A DNA stretch of 64,000 bases from Monocercomonoides exilis PA203 (taxonomy: Eukaryota; Protista; Preaxostyla), in NCBI GenBank assembly GCA_001643675.2, contig LSRY02000037.1, positions 744,001 through 808,000 of the forward strand. The letters run 5' to 3'. Under the pieces are notes generated by a model, which worked only from the letters and a program-made list of their open reading frames with translations, searched no databases and was not told the origin of the DNA. The position numbers and the translations under genes are program-made. Every line of letters begins with the position of its first letter. Position 1 is the stretch's first letter. Positions 13,765 through 28,115 of this stretch are shown in pieces.

Positions 13765-13870
13765 ATTTTATTTCATTTCATTTCAATTCAATTCAATTCA
13801 TTTCATTTCATTTCAATTCATTTCATTTCAAATAATTTCATTTCATTTCTATTTATTTCTATTCAATTCA
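13765..13870. repeat. (ATTTC/AATTC)n pentamer microsatellite
   Basis: Visible tandem tttca/attca units downstream of the Mei2-like stop codon. Confidence 0.8.
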
Positions 13871-14061
13871 ATCCTTTTTGTTTATAAATAAATTTCTTTT
13901 CTTTTCTTTTCTTTCCTTTCCTTATAAATTCTTCTCCTTCTCAAATGCGCAATCCAGAAATAAATTATTTTTTCTCTTCTTCTTCTAAATTGACTTTAAT
14001 ATTTTTATTTATTTATTTATATTTAAACTTTTTCTACCACCAAATAATTTATTTCTTTCTT

Positions 14062-14093
<32 letters not shown>

Positions 14094-14100
14094 AATTCCA

Positions 14101-17100
14101 TCAAAATGATGGCGCAGGCAATGTTATCTGATGCATCGGAGAAGAAGAAGGAGAAAGAGATTTTAAGAGAAAAGAAGAAACAGAAGGAGAAGAAATAGTT
14201 AGAGCAGCTGCTGCTGGAGAAGAGAGAGAAGAAAGAGAAGAAATAGAAGAGAAAAGAGGAGAAGAACAACAAGAGAGAGAAGAAGAAGAAGTAGAAGAGG
14301 AAGAAGAAGAAGAAGATGATGATGATGGAGAGGGAGAAGGAGAAGAAGGAGAGAAAAGATTAGAAAGAGAAGGAGAAAAGAACGAGAGAGAAGATAAAGA
14401 AGATAAAGAAGATAGAGAAGAATGAGAAGAATGAGAAGAAGATGAAGAAGATGATGAAGAAGAAGATGAAGAAGATGAATTAGAAGCAGAAACAATTGAA
14501 GAAACAGAAGAAGAAAGAAGATGAGCTATTGGTTGGACATTTAGCAGCTCATCATTAATATTGTTATTATCATTGTTATCATTGATTTTGTTATTATTGT
14601 TATTATTAATTGAACTAATGCTCTTGTTCATTTTGGGAGATGGTTGTTCAATCAGATGAGAAGAAGAAGAAGAAGAAGAAGAAGAAGAAGAAGAAGAAGA
14701 AGAAGAAGAAGAAGAAGAAGAAGAAGAAGAAATAAGGCATTTATTTATGATATTTGATTCTTCTTTATCTTCTTCTTTATCTTCTTCTTTATTGTTTTTA
14801 TTGTCTTGTCCATCTTGTTTATCATCATCTTCAATGCTATCGTCATCATCGTCTTCTTCTTCTTCTTCTTCGTCATCTTCTTCATCGATTCTCTTTGAAG
14901 ATATTTGGAGAGGGGAAAATACGGAATGAGATAACAAAGAGGAAGAAGCAATAGAGGAGGAAGAAGAAGAAGAAGAAGTTGAAACAGAAGAAGAAATAAA
15001 AGATGAAGAAATAGATGATTGATTGTTCTTTTCATCTGTCTTTTCAATTTTATCTTCGTCATCAATGATATCTGAAAGTTCAACATCCAACAATGAAGAA
15101 GATATTGCTTCTGACAAAGAAATGGAAGAAGAAGATGAGGAGGAGGAAGAAGAAGAAGAAGAGGGAGAAGAAGAAGAGAAGGAAGATGTGGAAGAAAGAT
15201 CATTCAATGTTGGGGCTAATGGATTAAATGAAGATATAAGTCCGATAGAAATATTAGCTACATCAGAAGAAGGAGGAGGAGGAGGAGAAGGAGAAAGAGA
15301 AATAGAAGAAGAAGAAGAAGGAAGAATAGAAACAGATTTAGGTGTTGGAGAAAGAGATAAAGCAAGAGGAAGAGTAAGAGGTGTTACAATAGATGAAGAA
15401 GGAGAAGAAGAAGGAGAAGGAGAAGGAGAAGATGTTAATGTTAAATCCATTTTTATTTCTTTTATTTCTTTTATCTCTTCAATTTCTTCAATTTCTTCAA
15501 TTTCTTCAATTTCTTTTTGTTCCTCTAATTTTATTGTTTCTTTTGTTTCATTTGTATGTTTCAATATCATCTCTTCTTTGTCATCTTTTTCATCATAATT
15601 ATGATTATTCACTTTATTCTCATCATCTTTATTTTTTGTATCATAAATTCTTTCCTTATTTCCTTCGTTTCTTTCTTTTCTTTCATTTCTTTCATTTCTT
15701 TCATCATTTTCTCTTGTTTCATCATCATAATCCAAGAAATTCTTCACACTTCTGCATTTGGAAGGAGATATATATGAAATATATCGATCGGGTGAAGAAG
15801 AAGAGGAGGAGGAAGAGGAAGAAGAAGAAGAATGAGAGAGAGAACGAGATAAAGAAAGAGGAAGAGGAAGGGGGAGAGGAAGAGATAAAGAATGAGATTG
15901 GGAGAGATGAGGAGGAGGTGGAGGAGGAGGAAGAGGAGGGAGATAAATAGAAGATGAAGAAGATTGTTTTGTTGCTTTAGAAGTTGTTGGTGACGAAAAA
16001 TTATATGAAGAAGAAGGAGAAGAAGAAGCAGTCGGATTTTGAGAAGAATGAGAAGAAGAAGGAGGAGAAAGAGAGAGAAGACGAAGAGAAGGTAATAATT
16101 CTGCTTTTTCCCTCTGGTCAGAGGGTATTGAAGATATTGTACTGGCACAAATAGACTGAGAAGAAGAAGATAATAAAGAAGAAGAAGAAGAAGAAGAAGA
16201 AGAAGATTTCGGAGAAATATCATTCTTCGGAGAAATACAATCAGCATTTAAATTGCTGTATTCAATTTGCTCTTTCACAGTGGAATGATGAAAGGAACAT
16301 TTGAATTTCTCCTGTTGGCTCTTATTCTCCGAAAATGACTGTTTTTGACAATATTTTGGTTCATAATCATTTTCTTTCTCTGTTTCAAATTCTTTTTCTT
16401 TTCCGATTTCTATTTCTATTTTATTTCCTTTTTCTTGTTCTAATTTATAATCAAATTTATCTTCTTTTATTTCTTTCTTTCTTTCTTCTTCTTCTTTTAC
16501 ATTTTTTATTATTTTATCAGAACTCTTCCGAAAATTAAGATTATTCGCTAAAAAACGAATACGGTGGTGTGGTTGTGGCAAATAAAGATTATCATCTGAA
16601 TGAAGACAGGAAATAGAATGAGGTTGAGATTGAGATTGAGAGGGAGAGGGAAGAGAAGATTGAGAGGGAAGAGAATCAGATTGAGAGGAAAGATTAGATT
16701 GAGAATCAGATAGAGATTGTGAGGGAAGGTTAGATTGAGAGGGAAAATGAAGATGAATTATGTCCAATTCAACAGTTTTATAATCATCATCATTGTTATC
16801 TTTATTATCAATAATTTCATTATTTTCATCTTCATCTTCATCATTATCATTATCATTATCATAACATTTACTAATAACGCTACTTAAATCTGCAGCATGC
16901 ATTTCTTCTTTCTCTTTCACATTCTCTTTCTCTTCTTCTTTCTCTTCTTTCTCTTCATCGCATTTAATTCTTCTGCTCAGACAATTCCTCTTCTCCTTCT
17001 TCTCCTTCTTCTCCTTCTCCTCTCTCTCTATCTGAGCAGAAGAAAACGCTAAAAAAGAATCATTATCGTTATTATCACCATTATCCTCTTTATCATTATC

Positions 17101-18223
17101 ACTATTATTATTAGCATAATAATCATTATTAGCATTATTAGTATAATTATTAGTATTATTATTATTATTATGCTCTGTCATATCAGAAGATGATGAAGAT
17201 GAAGATGAAGAAAGAAAAGGAGAAGGAGAAGGAGAAGATAATGACAAACATAATGGAGATGAAGAAGCAGAAGACGTAGTTGAAGAAGAAGAAGAGGAAG
17301 AAGAGGAAGAATGAGGCAGTTCTTCAGATATTCCTTTAAATGCACTGATTGATAGCAGAGATTGAGAGGAAGGAGAAGAAGACGCAGAAGAAGAAGCAGA
17401 AGAAATAGAATGAGAAGAAGAGGATAAAGATGATGATGAAATAGAAGAAGAAGAAGAAGAAGAAGAAGAAGAGGATAAAGATGAAGAAGGAGGTGTTGGC
17501 AATGCAGCTATAGCTGCTAAGGATGAAGAAGGAGACATAAGAGAAGAATAAGAGGAGGAGGAAGAAGGGGAAGGGGAAGGGGAAGGGGAAGGAGAAGATA
17601 ATGAAGAAAGAGAAGAAGAAGAAGAAGAAGAAGAAGAAGAAGAAGAATGAGAAAGAGATAAAGAAGATTGAAGATGGGGAGGAAGAGGAGGTAGTGGAGG
17701 AGGAGGAGGGGGAGGAGGGGGAGGGGGAAGAGGAATATTAATAGAAGAAGAAAGAGAAGAAGAAGAAGAAATGGAAGAAGAAGGTGGCAAAGGCAAAGGT
17801 AATGATTGAATAAAATTAAAATGTGCAGAAGAAGGAAGAGAAGAAGAAGAAGAGGAAGAGGAGGAGGAAGAATTCTTATTATCATTATCAACATCAGCAT
17901 TAACATCAGCATCAGAATTTGTTTCAATAAAATCCGATTTATTTGTAATAGAAAGATTATTATCATTATTAGAAGAAGAGGAAGAAGAAGAAGAAGATAA
18001 AGACATAGAGGAAGAAGAAGAAGAAATATTATCAGACAGAAGAGATATATTATCAGAGAGATGTTGTTGTAGGAGAGGAGAAAGAGCAGAAAGATAAAGA
18101 GGGGAAGAGGAAGAGGAAGAAGAAGATAAAGAAGAAGATGATGAAGATGATGAAATAGAAGAAGAAGAAGAAGAAGAAGAAGTGTTTATTGAAGAAGGAG
18201 AAGGAGGAGAAGGTATAGAAAGA

Positions 18224-18256
<33 letters not shown>

Positions 18257-18400
18257 AGAGGAGAAGAAGAATAAACATTAGAAGATAAAGGACTTGATGC
18301 ATTGTTCATTGAACAGAGGAAGAAAGGAGGAGAAGAAAAAGGTGAGATAGAAGAAGAAGATGAGGAAGATGAGGAAGAAGAGGAAGAGAAAGAAGAAGAT

Positions 18401-18432
<32 letters not shown>

Positions 18433-20371
18433 TAAAGGCGATGGAGAAGGAGAAGGAGACGCAAATAAACTTAAGCCAGGAAAAGAAGAAGATGACGACG
18501 ACGATAAAGAAGAAGAGGAAGAAGAAGAAGAAGAAGCAAAAAGAGGAGAAGAAGAAGAAGGAATAAGAGAAAGATTAGAAAACGATGGAGAAGAAGAAGA
18601 AGAGGAAGAAGAAGAGGAGGAAGAGGAAGAAGAAGAAGAAGAAATAGAAGAAGAAATAGAAGAAGAAATAGAAGAAGAAGAAGAAGAATTAACATTCGGA
18701 GAGAAGAGAGAAAGCTGAGGAGTGAAAGAGATGAGAGAGAGAGAAGGAGAATAAGAAATAGAATTATTATTGATATTATTATTGATATAATTATTATTAT
18801 TATTATTATTTATGTTATTAATCTTTTTCAATGAGAAAGAAAGAGGAGAAAATAAATGGAAGGAAGAAGAATGAGAAGAAGAAGAAGAAGAAAGAGAAGA
18901 AGAGGAAGAGGAAGAGGAAGAAGAAGAAGAAAGAGAAGAAGAAGGAAAAGGAGGAGGAGGAGGAAGATAAAGATGTGGAAAAGAAGAAGGAGGAGAAGTT
19001 GACGAAGAAAGAGAAGAAATAGAAGAAAGAGAAGAAAGAGAAGAAGAAGAAGAAGAATTAATTGGAAGAGGAGGAGAAGCAGATAAAGGCAAAGAAGTTT
19101 GATTTTGATAAATAGAAGAAGCAGTTGCAGAAGAAATCGTTGGAAGAGAAGGAACAGAAGGAAGAGAAGGAAGAAGAGGAGAAGAAGAAACCATATTGTT
19201 ATTATTATTATTATTATCAATGTTATTATTAATATTTTCATTGTTTTCTGTGTTATTTTCATCATTTGGATGGAAATCAACAACATTGGAGACATATTTG
19301 TGGGAATTTTGAATAAAACCTTCGAGATTAGATTGAGAAGATAAGGAAGAAGAGGAAGAAGAAGAAGAAAGAGAAGAAGAATTTGAAGAAGAAGAAGAAG
19401 AAGATAAAATGGAAGATATTGCAGTAGATGGAATAGAAGAAGTTAAAAGAGAAGACAATGAAGAAGCAATCATTGAAAGATCTGAAGGAGAAGGAGAAGA
19501 AATATGATAGGAAGAGGAGGAAGAGGAAGAAGAAAAAGAGGAAGAAGAAGAAGAAGAATTAGAAGAAGGAGAAGAAGAAAAAGAAGAAGAAGAAGAAGGA
19601 TGAGAAGAAGGAAGAGGAGAAGATAATTTTGACGTTGTTTTTTTATTTCTTTTTGATGGAGAAGAAGTTAGAGTTAAAGCAAAAGAGGAAGAAGAGGATG
19701 AGGAAGAAGAAGAAGAAGAAGAAGGAAGAAGAGAAGGAGAAGGAGAAGAAAATGAAGATGAAGAAGATAAAGAAGATGAAGATGAAGAAGAAAAAGTTTT
19801 GTTCTTTTCAATTTCTTCTTTTCCTTCTTTGCCTTCCTTTGTTGGCTCTATTAATGTTTCTGTTCCTTCTCTTTCTCTTTCTCTATCATTTTCTTTCTCT
19901 TTCTCTTTCTCTTTCTCTTTCTCTTTCTCTTTCTCTTTCTTCTCATCAATAATTCCTTCTTCTTCTTCTTCTTCTTCTGTTTTTTCATTCTTTTTGTTTA
20001 TTTCTTCTTTTTTCTCATTCGTTTCCTCTGTTTCCTTCTTCTCTTTCTCTTCCTTCTCTTTCTCCTTCTCTTCCTTTTTCTTCTCTTCTTTCTCTTTCTC
20101 TTCCCTTTCTTCTTCTTTCTCTTCTTCTTTCTCCTTCTCCTTCTCTTTCTCCTTCTTCTTCTCTTCCTCCTCTTTACTCAAGCTCTCCAACACATTCCTC
20201 CAGTACATTTCTTTTCTTCTATCATCCAAAACAATTGTGAATATTTTCTGTTCTCCTTCGAGTGGAGACACTGTTGTGATGGTGATTGAATGAGGAGGTT
20301 TGGAAGATGAGATGGAAGAAGAAGGGGAAGAAGAAGAGGAAAGAGAAGAAGAGGAAAGAGAAGAAGAAGAA

Positions 20372-20410
<39 letters not shown>

Positions 20411-23400
20411 ATAGATGAAGAAGAGGAAAGAGAAGAAGAAGTAGTAGTATTCTGGATTTCTTTATCTTCTTTTGTTTCTTTTGTTTCTTTTGTTTTTGGA
20501 AGAAGAGAAGAATTTAAAGAAGAAGAAGAAGAAGAAATAATATTATTACTAATATTATTATTATTATTTCCGATAGAAGCAGGAGATATAGCAACAGGAG
20601 AAGGTTTATCAGAAGAGAGAGGAAGAGGAAGCAATGAATGAGATGTCTTAGAGGAAGAAGGGAAGAGGGGAAGAGAAGAAGAAGAGGAAGAAGAAGAAAG
20701 AGAAGAAGAAGAGGAAGAAGAAGAAAGAGAAGAAGAATTTGAAGAGGAAGAAAGAGAAGAAGAAAAAGAAGAAGAATTTGAAGAAGCTTTAGAGGAATTA
20801 GATGAATTTGCGCTTGGAGAATAGAAAAATACATTTTGTGGATGGGAATATTGAGAAGATCTTGAAATTAGAGAAGAAGAAGAGGAGGAAGAGGAGGAAG
20901 ATGAGGAAAGAGAAGAAGAGGGAAAAGAAGAGGAAGGAGAAGGAGAAGGAGAAATAGAAGAAGAAGAAGAAGAAGAAGAAGAAGAAAGAGAAGAATTCAC
21001 ATTCGGAACAAATAAAGCAGCATTCGAAGATAAAGAAGGAACAGAAGATATAGAAGATATAGAAGATATAGATGGAATTGAAGACATTGAAGGCAAAGAA
21101 GAAAGAGAAGGAACGGAAGAAAGAGAAGAAAGAGAAGAAGGATGTTGAAAAGGGAAAGCAGGAGTTCCAGAGGAATCAGGAAGAAGGCCATTTCCTGTGT
21201 TATTTATGTTATTATTAGACATATTGTTCATATTGCTTATATTATTACTAATAGTTCTATTGATACTGCTGTTAAATGAAGAAGAAGAAGATAAAGAAGA
21301 AGAAGGAAAAGTAGATAAAGAAGAGGAAGAAGGAAAAGAAGGTGGAGGATATGAAGATAAAGAAGAAGGAGGAGGAAAAGAAGAAGGCATAGAAGAAGGA
21401 ATAGAAGAAGAAGAAGGAGCATAAGAAGAATTCTGAGTGAAGAAAGGAGGCTGAGAAGAAAGATGAGATACAAATGGAACAGCAGAAGGAGATAAATTCA
21501 TTGTTCTTGTTGGATTGGATGAGGAAGAAGAAGAAGAAGAAAGAGAAGAAGAAGAGGAAGAAAAAGAAGAAGAAGAAGAAGGATTAATAGAAGAAATTGA
21601 AGAAGAAGATAAAGGAAGGCTATTAATATTTGTATTCATTCCATTTGAAGGGAATAAGAAAGAAGAAGGGTATTGTTGTTGTTGTTGCTGCTGCTGCTGT
21701 TTATTTGATAGAGGAAAAGAGAAAGAAGAAGAAGAAAGAGAAGAAGAAGAAGAAGAAAGAGAAGAAGAAGAATCAATAGAAGAAGAAGGAGAAAGAGAAA
21801 GAGAAGAAGCAAATGGAGGAGGAGGAGGAAGGAGATAAGGTTGAGAGAAAGGAGAGAGATGAGGAGGAGGAAGAGAAGAGGAAGAAGAAGAAGAAGAAAA
21901 GATATTGGTATTAGTGCTGTTGTTATTATTATTATTATTATTCAATAGAGAATCCGAAGAGGAAGAAGATGAAGAAGAATTAATAGAAGAAGAAGAAGAC
22001 GACGAAGAAGAAGATAATGATGATGAAGAGGAAGAAGAAGAAGAAGAAGAATTAGAAGAAGAAGAAGAAGAAGTTGATCTTTTAGCAGGAATAAACCGAA
22101 ATTGAGTGGACAATATAGGAGGAGCATTATTTGTATTGGAATTAGAAGAAGAAGAGGAGGAGGATGAAGATTTAGTATTTGTGCTTTTATTTGTATCAGA
22201 TGATAGAGAATTCATAGAAGATGTTGAAGAAGATGAAGAAGAAGGTGACGGAGATATTGAAGAAGAAGAGGAAGAAGAAGAGGAAGAAGAATTAGAAGAA
22301 CTAGAAGAAGAACCAGAAGAAGATAAAGAAGCAGTAGAAGCAACCGAATAAATAGAGTTTGTAGTCTTTGTTGATGCATATGACAGCATACTTGGTGATT
22401 TAGAGGTTGATCTTGTACTGCCATTGCTACTATTAATACTATAAATGTTATTATTATTTATTATGGTATTATTAGTATTATTAGTATTATTACTGATATT
22501 ACTGCTGAATGTATTGAAAGAGGAGCTATTGGGATATTCTGAGGGAGACGCATTCATAATACCAGAGATGTTATTAATAGGATTAATGCTATTGATAATA
22601 ATACTATTAGTAACATTAGTACTATTATTACTCTTACTGAATACTTCTCTTTGCATAGAAGAAGAAGATGATGAAGAAGAAGAAGAAGAAGATGATGATG
22701 ATGGATCAGAATAAGAAGGAGAAGAAAGAGTAAAACATGCTTGTTGTCTTTTTCGATCTTGTAACATTTGCTGGGAAGAAGAAGAAGATGTTGATGAGGT
22801 TGATGAAGATGACAAAGAAGGCGAGGAAGAGCGAGAATGAGAAGGAGACGGAGAAGGAGAAGGAGATAAAATAGATGAAAGCAATGGGGCTGTATCAACT
22901 GAATCATTATATTGATATTGCTGTTGCAATTGTTGACTTTGTTGAATATTCTGTTGAATGTTATGTTGCATAGATTGAGGATAACTTTGAATAACACTTT
23001 GATTTTGAACAACATTTTGTGGTTGATTTTGAATGATTCCTGGAGTGGTGCTTGTGTTGATTGGAGGGATCTGCAAGGGAGATGGTGCATTTATTAGACT
23101 GTTATTATTACTACTGCTATTTGAATTAGTATTATTACTATTATTACTATTTGTTATATTACTATTTATGCTATTTATGCTATTAATACTATTAATACTT
23201 ATATTTACACTCATATTAACCCCACTACTACCACTACTATTACTATTATTATTATTATTATTAATACTTTGTCCCATCTTCCTTTTCATTCCTCCTCCTC
23301 TTTCTCTTTCTCTTTCTCTTTCTCTTTCTCTTCCTCCTCCTCCTCCTCCTCCTCCTCCTCCTCCTTCCTTTGATGGGAGCACAGCCATCTTCATCTCCTT

Positions 23401-26400
23401 CTGCCTTGCTTCTTGTAGCTGATGGCAATAGCACCTCCAATTCTGCATTGCGATCTGAACATCTTCTGATAATCGGTTTTTCTCTTCTCTTTCTTCTCTT
23501 TCTGTTTTTCCTTCTATTTTTCCTACTCTTTCTCCTTCTCCTTCTTCTTTGTTTTCTTCTTTGTTTTCTTTGTTTTCTTCTCCTTCTTCAATTTCATTGA
23601 CTTTTTCAATGATGTTTGTATCATCTTCTTTAGTTTCTTCATCTTTAATTTCATCTTTTCCTTTTTCTCCTTTTTCTTCTTCTTTCTTATTGTCATTTTC
23701 ACTTTTATTAATCTTTTTATCTGTAGAAGAAGAAGATATTTGAGATGATGATGAATTAGATGAAGATGAAGATGAAGATGAAGATGAAGATGAAGATGAA
23801 GATGAAGATGTTATGTTATGTTCATTCTCAGTCATTAATTCCAATAGCTTTGGAATGCAACTGTCAACAACTGGATTATGAAAGGCTGACGGCTCTTCTA
23901 ATTGATATTTAAGAAGAGATGATAATAATAATAATGGGAATAATGGGAATAATGGGTATTATAAATAATTTAAAATAAATTAAATTAATATTATTATAGA
24001 AATTAATTAGCAAATGAATAAATAAATAAATAAATTGATAGATAAAAATATATAAGTAATATATAATATCAATGTTGCATTAATAAAAACAACACTCTAA
24101 GCTCTTTCAATTAATCATCACAATATTATTTCTCTTTCATTCCATCCATCCCCTTTTCCATACCTTTCTCCTTCTTCAACGACGACGCCAACACCAGCCC
24201 TGTAGTTCCTTTCCCCTTCTCCATCAGATTCTCCTCATCAATCTTCCTCATCGTCATCTCAAACTCCAATGGAGTTGTTTGTTCTTTTCTAATCCCACCG
24301 CCGTGGCTGAACTCAATCACAGGGCGATGCTGGGATCGGCTGAATTCAGAGGGGAAAAACATCAGAGAAGGGCATTCCAATAGGATGGGGTACATGATGT
24401 CTATGTTGGAATTCCGCTTGTCGGAGAGAGAGGCGATGAAGGAGGCTGGGGTGGGATAGAGGGAAGAAGAGGAGGAGGAGGAGGAGGAGGAAGAAGAAGA
24501 AGAAGAAGAAGATAACAAAGAAGAAGAAGTTGCAGTAGTAGTTGTTGAAGAAGCAGATATCAATGAAGAAGAAGAAGAAGAAGAAGGATTAGCAATATTC
24601 GCACTTCCAGGCAATATTGCAGTATTAACAGTATTATTATTACTATTATTGCTGCTTCCTGATCGATACACCAACGACGACAGCAGCGGCCTTGACCCAA
24701 ACTGACTCGCCGGAAACGAAATCGCCTCTCCTTTGCCCAGAATCATCTCCCTCAGCCTGTCCTTCTCATTCTCCACCAGATACGCCTTTTCTGCATCTCG
24801 CACATCAAAAAACTCGACAAAGCGGTGGAGGCATTTTTGGGGCGTGCTCCTCACTTCCCTGATGGGGCCATAGGCGTTCTCGAGGGAGTGGAAGTAGCAG
24901 TATGTGTCTTGTGGGGGGTAGACGATACTGCGGCGGACGAGACTGATGATGCGGGAGGAGAGAGAGGGGGTGTTGGAGGAAGGGGTGGAAGAAGAATTAG
25001 AGGAAGAAGAAGAAGAAGCGGAGGAAGAAGAAGATGTTGTTGATGTTGTTGTCGTTATTGTTGTTGATGGAGCTGCACCTGTTTCTTCTTCCTTCGCTTT
25101 TTCTTTTCCATTTTTCTTTTCTTCTGTCTCTTTTCCTGTTTCTTCGTCTTTCTCTTTCTCTTTCTCTTTCTCTTTCTCTTGTTGTTGCTGCTGGAGCTGC
25201 TGTTGCATCTTACTCATCCTCAATGCCTCCATCCTCTCCCTCTGCCCAATCAACGACTTCTGCTTCAGCAAAGCCAATGATCTAATTGTAGGCAAATCTT
25301 GAAGAGGTCTTGTTCTACACAAGAACGTCTGTGGTATATTAAACACCACAACCGTCCCGTCATTCTCCGGAGAAACTATTTCTCCGTTCCGCGCGTCGAT
25401 TGGAATTCTCTCTTCTGGAGGCAGGGAAGGGTTGTTTTCAGAGGCAAGCCATTGCTCGTGGAGCTGCTGGAGAGAGCGGTGGGGGATGAAGTAGTGGACA
25501 ATGAGACCCCGATGCATGTGGGAGAAAGGGTGGAGTGAGAAGGAATGATCCATTGGAGAGGAGGAGGAAGAGGGGGAGGATGAAAGAGGAAGAGGAGAAG
25601 AATGAGAAGAAACAGAAGAAAGAGAAGAAGAAGTAGGATTTTTAGTGAGAGGAGGAGGAGTTAATAATAAAGCTGATGCTGATGTTGATGCTGATGTTGA
25701 TGTTGAAATAGAAGTAGATGAAGATGAAGATGATTGTGGCTGTGATTGTGATTGTGACTGTGACTGTGTCAGTGAAGAAGAAGAAGAGGATGACGATGAA
25801 GATGATGATGATGATGAAGTGGTGAATGGAGGCATAAATGAAGAGTGAAAAGATGATGGGGTTGAGTTTGCACTTAATGCTGATGCCATTGGCAATGCAA
25901 CTTCTACAGACTGTGGTGCTGCTGCAAGTGTTGGAGTGTGTGAAGGTGAAGGTGAATGTGAATGTGAAGGTGAATGTGAAGGACTGGATGAAGGAGTTAA
26001 GGAAGGCAATGCAGATGGAGATAGAGACGGAGACGGAGATTGCAATGGAGATGGCAATGGAGAAGGCAAAGGCAAAGGCAGAGGAGACGGCTTCGAAAGT
26101 GTCGACAAAGCAATTGGTAATTTTGAAGAAGAAGGAGAAAATTCAGAAGTACCATCAGGATCTTCCAATAAGGATGCACTTCCAGATTGTTGATTACTAA
26201 TACTCTTTGGAGGTTTAAGGAACGATGCAAGTAAATACTCTCCATTGTTCCCTTTTCTCTTTTTCCTATCTTCTTCTTTCTTCATCGCATTTTGCACAAT
26301 GTTATCCCACTTAGCATCGTCAAAGCTAAGCTTCATCAATTCATCCCTTGCTTTCATCGCACTTTTCAAATTAAAAAACGATACAACAAAAAAGAAATGT

Positions 26401-27063
26401 GTTCGGATATATTGTGGAATAAAATGCCTAATCTCTCCAAATTCAGAACAAAGCGTATAATAAAACTTGGGTGAAAAAATTGGCGGAACGTTTCTAATTA
26501 GAAGAGCTCTTGTTGCATTTTCCTTTGAAAGTGTATGATCATGAAGAATACGTGCAGTCGTTAATTGATTCACTTGAGAACTTGCTGGTCGAGAAATAAG
26601 AGAATTAGGTCTATTTTTCGATGAATGCATATAAAAAGGTGCATTTCTTGAAGGATAAATCAAGCCCGAAGAATCAGAAGGATATGTTGATTGCGAAGTT
26701 CTTGCGCATTGAGATGGCATTTGCTGATTTTGATCTATGTTCGAAAATATGATTGGTTGATGGGGAAAATATCCCATTGAAAAAGAATAATCTTTTCCGC
26801 TAGATGTTTGCGGCTGAGAAATGTTTTCCATCAGTTGATACGGTCTCGAATGGTTTTTTGAAGTCCGTTTGTTTTGAATAAAATTAGACGTATGTGGGTT
26901 CAATGGTTGCCATGGACTAATCAATTGATTTCTTGTGGGATCTGAATAAAAGCAAATGTCCAAAAAAATAGATTATTCAGGGTAATTTTGATGAAAACGA
27001 TAAAGATATGTTCGGTATAGATTTTAATATGTAAATGTAATATAAAAGAATAATACCTGTCAT
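14101..27063 (-). CDS. Giant Mei2-like RNA-binding protein (RRM1 + RRM2, then ~3,250-aa Ser/Asn/Glu low-complexity tail), ~4,193 aa
   Basis: RRM1: TRALLIRNVP..FGEIR..VVSFFNLKSA..LIVHYFIP. RRM2: NDGTVVVFNI..YGPIREVRSTPQKCLHRFVEFFDVRDAEKA..IEFSHGGG, matching Mei2/AML/TEL motifs. Phase-1 introns 27056-26942 and 24163-23898 join ATGACAG to the 945-aa and 3247-aa ORFs in frame. Confidence 0.8.
14659..14731. repeat. (GAA)n trinucleotide tract encoding poly-Ser on the minus strand
   Basis: About 24 perfect GAA units; one of many such tracts in 14100-26000 and 57700-64000. Confidence 0.9.
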
Positions 27064-28115
27064 TTAAAACTGCAAATAACAAGGCCTGGGCACAATTGTT
27101 GAGTCAATTAAGATCGTAAATACCTTAGATTGAGTTATAACTTTTTCCGTTTTATTTGATGATTGATAAAAAGCAATTATTTCTTATCACAGATACATAA
27201 TGATAAAAGAAAAAATTTCCATTTGCATTTCATGTAATTATGAGTTTCATAAGGCAAGAAATTACTGAAATTCTTTATAGTTCTGTTCATTTAATTATTT
27301 TACAAATCATATTTCAATTTTATTTAAACCAAAAAGTTAAATCGGTTTAAATTATTTTAACAGCCTTTCCAATATTTGATGCAAATGCCACAAAATTATA
27401 ATTTTAAAAGCGTTGAATTCAATCATTTGGTACATTTTTTATTTTGATTTTCATTGGATTTCTGTATTTTTTGCAAATAATATTTAACGGATTGTTCGCA
27501 GTAATAATTTGTTTGGTTATAAATTTCATATTTATTGTATCATCTTCAAGTGATAAACTGGAAAACTGCAATAGGAACAATTTAATATTTTGAATTGAAA
27601 CAATTTTTACAATTTTGAGAAAACTTTGTTATTTGGAGTTAACCTTTCAATTAATTTCAACCTTCTCTTCCTGTAAACGATATTCCAATTTTTTTTTAAT
27701 AAAGAGCAGTATTATCAAATTTCAAAGGAAAGGAAAGCTTGAAATAAAGTTTTTATAATATGAACCTCCAATAATTTTTATGGACTTCAGAACAGCTTTC
27801 AGTTGAATCCAATTCTTTGATTCAATTGAAATTATATTTCGAAAAACCAGTAATAAAAAGAAACAAACATTGAAAAATACAAAAGCAACAAAAATAGCGA
27901 TTAAAGAAATTTTTAATAATTGAAAAAAATAAAGAACAGAGTATGTTTTTTATAATTTAAGGTTTTTCAAAGAACATTAGTAAACGTTGACATATAATAT
28001 GATTTTCAAAATAGAACCCAATTTGTGCTTGTTTAAATGTTGTTGAATAAAAATAAATGTCAGGATTTTTTTTGCTATTATATGATTTGATCAAATTGCA
28101 TATTTTCAAAAATAC

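Noticed and set aside
14199-23743. Dozens of poly-Glu, poly-Leu and poly-Lys ORFs overlapping the giant ORF
   Set aside because: Alternative-frame and antisense shadows of TCT/GAA repeats, which lack stop codons.
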